Of a stretch of DNA of 64,000 nt, positions 55,804-64,000 are shown piece after piece. The notes under the pieces are model-generated. The model was not told the origin of the DNA. It worked only from the letters and a program-made list of their open reading frames with translations, and did no database searches. This DNA comes from a virus: positions 1-64,000 of IMG/VR virus record IMGVR_UViG_3300032240_002475, one strand, 5' to 3'. The first letter of the stretch is position 1, and each line of letters starts with the position of its first letter. The translations under genes and the position numbers were made by a program.

Positions 55804-57609
55804 ATGGGAGCATTATTAGAATCAGGTCTTGTTGGTAACATCGGTTTAAAACACCTTAAAGTTATTAAAGAAGACACAATCAACAAATGGGACAAATTAG
55901 GCTTTTTAGAAGGTCTTAGAGGTCACATGAGAGAAAACGTAGCTCAATTATACGAAAACCAAGCATCATTTTTAATTAATGAGGCATCATCTACATCTGA
56001 CACAGGTGCATTTGAAACAGTTGTTTTCCCAATTGTAAGAAGAGTATTCTCTAAATTATTAGCAAACGACATCGTTTCAGTACAAGCTATGAACTTACCA
56101 ATTGGTAAATTATTCTACTTTGTACCTAACATTCAGGCATACACTGACCCTGCAAACTTGGCTACAACGGGTATTCACTACGCACCGTATGGTTCACCAA
56201 ACGCAGCTGACACGCAAACACCAAACAGTGGTTATGACTATAACAACACTAAAGACCTTTACGATAGATTCTATGAAGGTAATGAACCAGCATTAGACCC
56301 TCCAGGTTTATTTGACTATTCTAAAGGACAATACTCAGCAATCACAGCACCAGTTGTTACTGTGTCTTGGTTAGCTGACCAATTAGTTCCTTCTGCTTAC
56401 ACTATTTCTGATTACAGAAAGGTATTAGTAGTTATGTCAGGTTTCGCATCTGATGGAGCTGGTAAATTAATCGGTCCTGATGGTCAACCAATGGATAATG
56501 AAGCTTTCTTATCTGATTTGACTATCTATGGTGTTGCTGGAAACGCAACAACTTCAGCTAACACAACAAACCCTTACTTATTCAGAGTTGTAACTCAAAG
56601 ATATGGTAAAGGTATTGTACAATATGGTAACAACAACGCTACATTAGTATTCCCTAACAGTAAAACTGACGGTGGTCAATATGACAACGTATGTGATGCT
56701 GAAGGAAAAATCTACTTAGAAGTTGACTTACAAGTACCAGTTTGTATTACTTGTGGCGGTTCAATGGACGGTTACACAGGTTCAACATTTACTTCAACAG
56801 TTGCAACTAGCAACGCATTCACAGCTACTTATAGAATCTATAAGAACTTAGAATTCGAAGATAGAATTGGTGAGGTTTCATTTGACCTTATGTCAGTAAC
56901 AGTTTCTGTAACTGAAAGAAAATTAAGAGCTCAATGGTCTCCAGAAATGGCACAAGACGTTGCAGCATTCCATAACATCGACGCTGAAGCTGAATTAACA
57001 GCTTTATTGTCTGAGCAAGTTGCGGCTGAAATCGATAGAGAAATCTTGAGAGACTTAAGAAAAGGAGCAGCTTGGAACTTAAGATGGGATTACAACGGTT
57101 GGAAGAGATTAGGTGGAAACGCTCAACCTTACACTCAAAAAGACTGGAACCAAACGCTTATTACAGCGATTAACCAAATTTCAGCTCAAATCCATAAGTC
57201 TACTTTAAGAGGTGGTGCTAACTGGATAGTTGTATCTTCTGAAATCAGTGCAATCTTTGATGACTTGGAGTATTTCCACGTTTCAAACGCAGCTCCTGAG
57301 CAAGACCAATACAACATGGGTATTGAAAGAGTTGGTACTTTAGCTGGTCGTTACCAAGTGTATAGAGACCCTTACTTCCCACCAAACCAAGTGTTATTGG
57401 GACACAAAGGTACGTCTTTACTTGACACAGGTTACATCTACGCACCGTACGTACCATTACAACTTACTCCTACAATGTACAATCCATTCAACTTTACACC
57501 AATCAAAGGTATTATGACAAGATACGCTAAGAAAATGGTGAACAACAGATTCTACGGAAGAATCACAGTTGATGGTGTAAGAACATTTGACTTAAGAGAG
57601 TTAAGATAA
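55804..57609 (+). CDS. major capsid protein (T4 gp23-like)
   Basis: ENQ, VQAMNLPIG.LF, RKLRAQWSPEMAQD, EIDREI, YAPYVPL, TRY. Confidence 0.95.
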   Translation: MGALLESGLVGNIGLKHLKVIKEDTINKWDKLGFLEGLRGHMRENVAQLYENQASFLINEASSTSDTGAFETVVFPIVRRVFSKLLANDIVSVQAMNLPIGKLFYFVPNIQAYTDPANLATTGIHYAPYGSPNAADTQTPNSGYDYNNTKDLYDRFYEGNEPALDPPGLFDYSKGQYSAITAPVVTVSWLADQLVPSAYTISDYRKVLVVMSGFASDGAGKLIGPDGQPMDNEAFLSDLTIYGVAGNATTSANTTNPYLFRVVTQRYGKGIVQYGNNNATLVFPNSKTDGGQYDNVCDAEGKIYLEVDLQVPVCITCGGSMDGYTGSTFTSTVATSNAFTATYRIYKNLEFEDRIGEVSFDLMSVTVSVTERKLRAQWSPEMAQDVAAFHNIDAEAELTALLSEQVAAEIDREILRDLRKGAAWNLRWDYNGWKRLGGNAQPYTQKDWNQTLITAINQISAQIHKSTLRGGANWIVVSSEISAIFDDLEYFHVSNAAPEQDQYNMGIERVGTLAGRYQVYRDPYFPPNQVLLGHKGTSLLDTGYIYAPYVPLQLTPTMYNPFNFTPIKGIMTRYAKKMVNNRFYGRITVDGVRTFDLRELR

Positions 57610-57629
57610 TATGGTCTAACCAATTATAT

Positions 57630-57659
57630 AAAAGGGTCCCCACAAGGGGCCCTTTTTTT
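57630..57659 (+). terminator. intrinsic terminator after major capsid gene
   Basis: AAGGGTCCC-CACAA-GGGGCCCTTTTTT. Confidence 0.85.
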
Positions 57660-57680
57660 ATTTTTAAGATATTTATTAAC

Positions 57681-59000
57681 ATGATTAAGCAAACATGGAA
57701 TATTTCGTCTGACGAAGTTCAAAGAATATTAATGATGCACGAAAATGCAACCAAAAATCATTATTTAATTTTAGAACAAAGAAGTATGGTTACAAAAACC
57801 TTACAACCAAAACAATTTAAGTTACCCAATAATACGTTTCCATCAGGAAAATATCTTGAATTTGATAAGGCTGCAGTTGATAATGTTATTCAACAAATGA
57901 ATGATTATCTTAAAGATTATCCTTTGAATCAAAAAATTAATGTTGAAATAGAATCTTCAGAATCAAATGTTCCAAACAAAAGTTTGAAAAATGATGAAGG
58001 TAAATCAATGGTTACAGGTGATTTATCTCGTTTAAGAGGTAAAACTATGGAAAATTATTTGAGAGGGAAATTACCAAAAAATGTTAACTTAGTTATTAAA
58101 GACTTGGGGGCGCAAGGACCAAAATGGAACCCACCAAAAACCGCGACTGTAGAACAAATAAAACAAATGGTGAATGACCCTTCATATACTCAATGGCAAT
58201 ATGTTACATTTAACATTGTAGGTGGTGGAGAAAAACAAGAAGAATATTGTGATTTAGGATTTTCAGTTATTGTTGATTACAGAGAAGAATGGTGTAAACC
58301 TGACGTAGATGAATCTTTGTGTCATAAATGTAATACAGCTGTCTTCCTAATGTGGGCAAACGGCATTCCTTTAACAACAAAGGAGGGTAGTCCCCAAATT
58401 AATCTAAATAATGGATTACAAGGTTACGGAAAAAGTGGACCATCTAGAGTTGTTGAACTTGTCGTGAGTGCGGAACAAAAGAAACAAATCTTAGCAAAAA
58501 ATCCTGAAGAAATTGTAATAACCTACGGATGTGCATTACCGAACTGTCATAGTGACCCTGCACACATAACAATTATTAATACTGAAGGTCAAGTTTTATT
58601 ACCAGGTACTTTTTTAACAACGGGAGGAAAAAATCAAATGAAAAAAGATAATCCTCCAATTACTTTGTTAAAACTTAATAAATGTGGAGAAAAAATTTGG
58701 CCACCGTCACCTGAATCTGTTCCTCAAAAGGTAGAAATTGCCCCCCAAGAAAAACCACAACCAAAAGTTAAAAAAATTGATATTAACACAAGTTACCCAT
58801 CTAGCATTATGGAATTGTACAAATTTGTGGGTGAAGACAAAATTTTAAAAATACCCGAGGATAAAAAACAATATTTTGCACGTTATATTAATGACTTGAA
58901 CGGTAAACCTTGGGATGAAGTTATGGACTCTTTGAATATGGCTAGTTGGGAGAAAAAAGAATTTAGACAATATCTTAAAAAGATGTCAAACAATCAATAA
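57681..59000 (+). CDS. probable virion protein with OmpA-C-like region
   Basis: DEVQRILMMH N-terminal motif; LSRLRG..M..YL. Confidence 0.65.
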   Translation: MIKQTWNISSDEVQRILMMHENATKNHYLILEQRSMVTKTLQPKQFKLPNNTFPSGKYLEFDKAAVDNVIQQMNDYLKDYPLNQKINVEIESSESNVPNKSLKNDEGKSMVTGDLSRLRGKTMENYLRGKLPKNVNLVIKDLGAQGPKWNPPKTATVEQIKQMVNDPSYTQWQYVTFNIVGGGEKQEEYCDLGFSVIVDYREEWCKPDVDESLCHKCNTAVFLMWANGIPLTTKEGSPQINLNNGLQGYGKSGPSRVVELVVSAEQKKQILAKNPEEIVITYGCALPNCHSDPAHITIINTEGQVLLPGTFLTTGGKNQMKKDNPPITLLKLNKCGEKIWPPSPESVPQKVEIAPQEKPQPKVKKIDINTSYPSSIMELYKFVGEDKILKIPEDKKQYFARYINDLNGKPWDEVMDSLNMASWEKKEFRQYLKKMSNNQ

Positions 59001-59362
59001 AATACCGTAAGTTTTACTCGGCTACGATTATTATTTCTAATAATGGTAATCATGCATTCAGTATGGTTTAATTTATTTTTCCCAAAATTTGTTTTTTTAT
59101 ATCTTTTTTCAGTGATATTGTCAGTGGAAACTTTGATATAATAATTTTTGTTATTTATTTTTTTCATCGTTTCATTAGAAACCCATACAATAAATTCATT
59201 TTCCATTTTAACTTCCTTAAGACAGTCTACGTATAATATCTTTTCGAAAGGAGTCATCTGAGAAAAAATTTTTTCGTTCATTGGTCCTATATATTTAAAA
59301 TTTTGTGAATAGGAATTTAACCCCAAAAAACAAAATAAAATTAGTATTATTATTTTTTTCAT
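58994..59362 (-). CDS. secreted hypothetical protein
   Basis: Signal peptide ending SYS-Q, Bacteroidota style. Confidence 0.6.
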   Translation of the reverse strand: MKKIIILILFCFLGLNSYSQNFKYIGPMNEKIFSQMTPFEKILYVDCLKEVKMENEFIVWVSNETMKKINNKNYYIKVSTDNITEKRYKKTNFGKNKLNHTECMITIIRNNNRSRVKLTVFY

Positions 59363-59533
59363 AAAAAGTATTTTTACAAAACTACTAAAAAAAATGTTTT
59401 CATCAAAATAATTTTTAGTATAATTATTAATAGATTTTAGTTTATCAGTCCCCAGTCATAACAGGCTGTCGAGTATTCACGGACACAAAGGTATTGGTAA
59501 CGTAGTCATAAAGCTAATATAAAATTTAAAAAA

Positions 59534-60355
59534 ATGAATTACGCAACACAAGTGGGCAAACCGACTGCGCACATCACAAAGAAAAAGTCACGTCTAAAGG
59601 TCTATAACGGCCATCTTGTCTTTCTAAATGACAAAGATAATTTTGAATTTGAACTTCATAATCCAAAACAAAAATCTGTTCTTGTAAAGATTAAATTGAA
59701 TGGTGAATACATTTCCACAAGTGGGGTTGTATTAAAACCAGGTCAGAGGGTCTTTTTAGAACGTTTCCTTGACTCTAATAACAAGTTTGAGTTCAGTACC
59801 TATGAAGTTAATAACACGTCTGAAAACAGGTCTGCAATTGATTTAAATGGAGATATAAGAATCGAGTTCTACGATGAACAAGAAGTTAGGAATAATTTCT
59901 ATTTAGGAAACAGAACTATCTATGGTAATGGTATAGTTTACGGAAGTCGTACTAACGATTATCATCCACAATTTGGAACAACAATCAGTACAACTGGAGG
60001 GGTAGGATATTCAACAACAACCTCAACATTTAATACGTCAAATGCAACTTATACAAGTTCAATCAATACTGATGCAATAATGAAAGAGTTAAAAAACAAA
60101 GGTTTATACTCTGAAAAAAAAGGTAAAAAATCTATCGAGACAGGTAGAGTTGAAAAGGGGGATAAATCTTCTCAAGATTTTATCAATTCGTATCAAGAAT
60201 TTTATCATCATACGTCGCATGAGATTAGTTTTAAAATTCAACCATTAAGTACAAAAAACAAAACCACAGAAGACATTAGACACTATTGTACGGAATGTGG
60301 AACCAAGATAAAATCAAATTTCAAGTTTTGTCCGTCTTGTGGAAATAAGTTATAA
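59534..60355 (+). CDS. hypothetical protein with C-terminal zinc ribbon
   Basis: YCTECG....FKFCPSCG. Confidence 0.75.
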   Translation: MNYATQVGKPTAHITKKKSRLKVYNGHLVFLNDKDNFEFELHNPKQKSVLVKIKLNGEYISTSGVVLKPGQRVFLERFLDSNNKFEFSTYEVNNTSENRSAIDLNGDIRIEFYDEQEVRNNFYLGNRTIYGNGIVYGSRTNDYHPQFGTTISTTGGVGYSTTTSTFNTSNATYTSSINTDAIMKELKNKGLYSEKKGKKSIETGRVEKGDKSSQDFINSYQEFYHHTSHEISFKIQPLSTKNKTTEDIRHYCTECGTKIKSNFKFCPSCGNKL

Positions 60356-60359
60356 ATGA

Positions 60360-60385
60360 AAAGGGTCCCGTGAGACCCTTTTTTT
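60360..60385 (+). terminator. intrinsic terminator
   Basis: AAAGGGTC-CCGTGA-GACCCTTTTTTT. Confidence 0.8.
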
Positions 60386-60411
60386 ATTAATTAAACTATT
60401 TATAGATAATC

Positions 60412-61101
60412 ATGGGATTAAATAAAAAACATATCAAAGAAGCAACTGGTTCAGGAGGTTCGGGACATTTTAAAGTTCCAATTGTTCTTGCACCTCAAGA
60501 TTGGAAAAAAGACCAACTAGCACCATATAATATTCCTGTTTATGAATATACAAATGCGGAATTAGCGTATGAAGAAGCTAGTGGAGATGATTATAAAGAG
60601 TCTCCTGAAGAAAGAAAAAAAATAGAAAACAAAACTGAGTTGTTGTCTCGAATTGATACGTATTTGAAAAGTTTTTATACTGACCAAAATGACGATGAAG
60701 GTAGTAGTATTTCCGACATTGAAAGCCCTGATAAATTAATCCAACAAGCGGTTGGACCACTTAAAGAAGATTTGGGGGTATGGTTTGGTACAAAGAAAAA
60801 ACCAAAAGGTAGCAAACAACCTGCAGGTCCTTGGGTTAATATTTGTAGAAAAGTGGATGGTAAACATCCTCCTTGTGGTAGACCTGAAGCAAAAGACAAA
60901 GGGTACCCAAAATGTAGAGCCGCAGGAGTTGCATCTAAAATGAGTGTGTCTCAAAAAAAATCTGCTTGTCAACAAAAAAGAAGTGCGGAAAAATCACATT
61001 CAAAGGCTGGTACTGGTAACAAACCAAAAATGGTTTCTTATAAACCAAAAAATGAAGGATTGACTGAACTTATCAGAAAAGTATTAAGAGAACGCTTTTA
61101 G
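60412..61101 (+). CDS. hypothetical (probable head) protein
   Basis: EDL..WF...WV.I...CGR....YPKC basic domain. Confidence 0.65.
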   Translation: MGLNKKHIKEATGSGGSGHFKVPIVLAPQDWKKDQLAPYNIPVYEYTNAELAYEEASGDDYKESPEERKKIENKTELLSRIDTYLKSFYTDQNDDEGSSISDIESPDKLIQQAVGPLKEDLGVWFGTKKKPKGSKQPAGPWVNICRKVDGKHPPCGRPEAKDKGYPKCRAAGVASKMSVSQKKSACQQKRSAEKSHSKAGTGNKPKMVSYKPKNEGLTELIRKVLRERF

Positions 61102-61508
61102 ATTAATTTATCCAAAATATTACTTAATGAATGCTGGATGTTTTTTTTGATTTCAGATTCAAGAACTTCTCTTCTATCTTCTAAAACTTTATCAAATTTT
61201 TGAGTTAATTCTGAGAATTTAGATGTATCTTGAAGATATACACTATAGCTATATACATGATTTATTAAATGGATAGTATAACTTTCCATTACAACATACA
61301 TACTTTTTTCTTCGTTTTTAATAATTCTTTTGTGTGAAATTGGAGAAAAACTTAATTCTGATGTTGGATTAATAATTAATTTTTCACAGATTTCGGCAGC
61401 AAAAATTTCTTCATCTGTAGCTTTAGGTTTGGGGTCAAACTTATCTTTAAGATTTAAATAGATTTTAAATAATAAACGAGGGATGTATCCTACAACTTTA
61501 TTTTCCAT
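61098..61508 (-). CDS. hypothetical protein
   Basis: TATATTTG box upstream. Confidence 0.6.
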   Translation of the reverse strand: MENKVVGYIPRLLFKIYLNLKDKFDPKPKATDEEIFAAEICEKLIINPTSELSFSPISHKRIIKNEEKSMYVVMESYTIHLINHVYSYSVYLQDTSKFSELTQKFDKVLEDRREVLESEIKKNIQHSLSNILDKLI

Positions 61509-61536
61509 TTAGCAAATATAGATTAATTTTTTCAAA

Positions 61537-62007
61537 TTAACAATAGGCACCTGAACAATGTTTTTGCCCGTCTAATCCTTTGATTCTACCTTTGCAAACT
61601 GAAACCGCATATCCGTTAGCATACGCTGAAGGGTATACTTTAAATTTTGATTTTGCGGCTGCTTTACCTCTAGCGCAAAGTTTTGTTCCTGCTTTTTTAC
61701 GACTTTCATGAATATCTTCATAATCAACATATTCACTTTGTTTTCCTGCTTCTCTGTTTAAAAAATCAAATACTTGGTCAATATTTGTTTTAGCTTCACT
61801 TACATGGTCGTCAGCCCAATCATGACCATTGCTTAAAATATCATCAACAACGTGAGGGTCTAATTCTAATAATCTTTCACATTGAGTTTTAATTTGTTGT
61901 AAATTACCAAAAAACATATAGTTTGCTGGTTCTTCCATTTGTTCTCTTAATGCTTTTTTTACTAAAAGAGATAAGTTTTTTTCTGATAAATTTATTAATT
62001 TACTCAT
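61537..62007 (-). CDS. hypothetical (probable head) protein
   Basis: AK.KF.VYPSAYANG motif; N-terminal LSE..L..LVKKALREQ. Confidence 0.65.
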   Translation of the reverse strand: MSKLINLSEKNLSLLVKKALREQMEEPANYMFFGNLQQIKTQCERLLELDPHVVDDILSNGHDWADDHVSEAKTNIDQVFDFLNREAGKQSEYVDYEDIHESRKKAGTKLCARGKAAAKSKFKVYPSAYANGYAVSVCKGRIKGLDGQKHCSGAYC

Positions 62008-63512
62008 GATTGTTTTGTATTTACAATGTTAAATGTTAATTGTTGTTTATAAGTATCTTTTTCACCTGAAGTATTCACTTGAATATCTACATAATATTGA
62101 TTAGGTATTTTGTCTCTCATATCAAATATAAAGTAATATTCATTTGGTGTTCTATTAATAGGAGTCCAATCCTGTACTAAAACTTCTGTTGTACCTTCTT
62201 TAACGTATACTCTATAAAATGCTGATATATTTTCTAACAACTGTTGACCTGTATACGCTTTCTTAATTGTAACTCCAACTTTTCTAATGTCGGTGTTGAG
62301 AATTTTTTCGTTTTGAAGAATGCCATAAAAACTAAAACCAAATTTTTTAGGTTCTTGAGATATTGGTCCAATTTGGATTCCAGCATTATATTGTTGTAAT
62401 GTAAATTGATTCGTTACATTTGGAATACCTTGTCCGTTAATTGTTAACCCTGACCAAATATCAAAATATTGACAAGGTGTGGGAGAACTATTAAATCCAT
62501 TAGGAACAATAACTTCATAAACTCCTTTAGTTCTTAAACAAGTTGATAAGGATGCCATACCATCTACAGAATCACCATTTCTATCTTCAATTCTAACAAA
62601 TGGTGTTGAATCTAAATTAACCAAATCTCCATTTTGATACACATAAAGATATAATCTATTTGTCTGACTTTTTAAAAATAAATTTCTATCATCTTTAATA
62701 ATGTCATCATAGTTTGTTAGAAGAAATGGTTGATAAAATGTTTGGGTATGTCTTGAGAAAAATGCCACACTATAACTTTCAGTTAATCCTGTAATATTTT
62801 CTATTTGAGGTAAATAAGCAACTCCCCATCCTGTAACACCTGTAATAGACCCTTCTAAAATACCATTGATTTCATCGGTCATATCCATGTTGAGGTCTTC
62901 ATTACCCAATTCAAAATGTTGTCTTGCGACAATTGTAAGTCCTGAGTAATTTACACTACCTTCGTTTTTGTTGTTATACACACCTGATTGTGACCATCCA
63001 CTTATTGTTGTTGTTTGGTACCAATTTGATGGCCTTGTTGAATAAGCTCTACTATCTACATAAGTTAATGGGGATGAACCTCCATTGGCACTATTTTTTG
63101 CAATATTAAAATCATTGTAGTCGTACCCAACACCTTCATCCCAATATTGTGGTTGACCCGTATCTCCTGAAATTTTAGGTATTCTAAATAATATTAAATC
63201 AAATGATGTAGCACGTCTTCTTTCATTTGACATAAACGAGTTAAGTAGTTCATTATCAAATGATGAAGTGTTAGTCATTTTTAATGTGTGAGTCATTGCA
63301 GATGTACATCCAGTTGATATAATACCTGATGCAATGTTTTCTTCTAACAAAGATAAGTCTAAGTTGAAAAGTAATCTTGAGTAACCGTAATTTGGTACGA
63401 TTAAATCTGAAGCACCAAAATTCAACTCAATAACAGGATTTCTTCCTGTATTAACAAAAGAGTTTGAAACAATGGTATTGTTTTTATCTATGTAAGACCT
63501 AAGAATTGACAT
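62004..63512 (-). CDS. putative structural (baseplate/tail) protein
   Basis: ~500-aa beta-rich ORF, WDEGVG motif; start trimmed to MSILRS. Confidence 0.6.
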   Translation of the reverse strand: MSILRSYIDKNNTIVSNSFVNTGRNPVIELNFGASDLIVPNYGYSRLLFNLDLSLLEENIASGIISTGCTSAMTHTLKMTNTSSFDNELLNSFMSNERRRATSFDLILFRIPKISGDTGQPQYWDEGVGYDYNDFNIAKNSANGGSSPLTYVDSRAYSTRPSNWYQTTTISGWSQSGVYNNKNEGSVNYSGLTIVARQHFELGNEDLNMDMTDEINGILEGSITGVTGWGVAYLPQIENITGLTESYSVAFFSRHTQTFYQPFLLTNYDDIIKDDRNLFLKSQTNRLYLYVYQNGDLVNLDSTPFVRIEDRNGDSVDGMASLSTCLRTKGVYEVIVPNGFNSSPTPCQYFDIWSGLTINGQGIPNVTNQFTLQQYNAGIQIGPISQEPKKFGFSFYGILQNEKILNTDIRKVGVTIKKAYTGQQLLENISAFYRVYVKEGTTEVLVQDWTPINRTPNEYYFIFDMRDKIPNQYYVDIQVNTSGEKDTYKQQLTFNIVNTKQS

Positions 63513-63532
63513 TAACCTTTTTTCAATAAATA

Positions 63533-64000
63533 TCAATTAAGTCTGATATTTCCGTTAAGAATCTTATTAACGGCATTTTGAAGTTCTGTAAGTAACTTAT
63601 CTACTGAAGAACCGTCTTGTGTTATAGTTACTGGTGGAAGACCAGGATAAGCGTGAGTATGGGTAACAAGGAATCTAACAATCATATTAATTAGTTCTAA
63701 CAATTCTTCACCTCTAACTAAACTTGAAGTTTTTGGAACAATTTCATCGGCAAATTTTTCAACAGAAATTCCGTATAATGTATCGTCAAAATTAATTTTT
63801 CCTTTGCCAGGTATTTGAGAATTGTGTGAAAGTAAAAATAACTTATCACTACCTAAAGCTCCGTATGTTGTTTCTCCTGTAATATATTTTGATTCGTTTA
63901 AAGTTTTTTTAATAGGAGTTTTTGGTATACCTACTTTGTTTTTGGCGTATATTAATCCTGAACCACCTTTAAGTGCTGCGTATAATTTAATTCCTCTATT
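63533..64000 (-). CDS. partial baseplate spike/gp5-like protein (C-terminus)
   Basis: Open frame from window edge ending VRGEELLEL...THTH.YPG...IRLN*. Confidence 0.55.
   Translation of the reverse strand, partial: NRGIKLYAALKGGSGLIYAKNKVGIPKTPIKKTLNESKYITGETTYGALGSDKLFLLSHNSQIPGKGKINFDDTLYGISVEKFADEIVPKTSSLVRGEELLELINMIVRFLVTHTHAYPGLPPVTITQDGSSVDKLLTELQNAVNKILNGNIRLN

Overview
64-kb AT-rich segment of a large T4-like (myovirus/jumbo-type) phage. The host is most likely Bacteroidota, judged from TAnnTTTG -7 promoter boxes, SD-less A-rich starts and a phage-encoded bS21. The right third is the head module: large terminase, portal, rpsU/bS21, prohead protease, scaffold, major capsid and a partial baseplate-spike-like gene. 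The rest is accessory: 17 canonical tRNAs in several clusters, a tmRNA, ClpP, an N-terminally truncated ClpC with a divergent UVR-repeat gene, two carbamoyltransferases, five 2OG-Fe(II) oxygenases, a GT17 glycosyltransferase, a sulfotransferase, peptidoglycan hydrolases, lipoproteins and several tRNA-like or structured RNAs. The top finding is that the two main tRNA operons are each preceded by an unannotated short leader ORF and a closely similar intrinsic terminator with a competing antiterminator. The leader codons match the tRNAs downstream: N/T/P/G/D before tRNA-Pro/Asn/Asp/Gly/Thr, and Q/H/I/F/E/C/W/Y before tRNA-Glu/Phe/Cys/Trp/Tyr/Ile2/Gln/His. This suggests ribosome-mediated attenuators that switch on phage tRNA supply when the matching host tRNAs are depleted or cleaved. 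All calls were made by eye, with no database searches or folding software.
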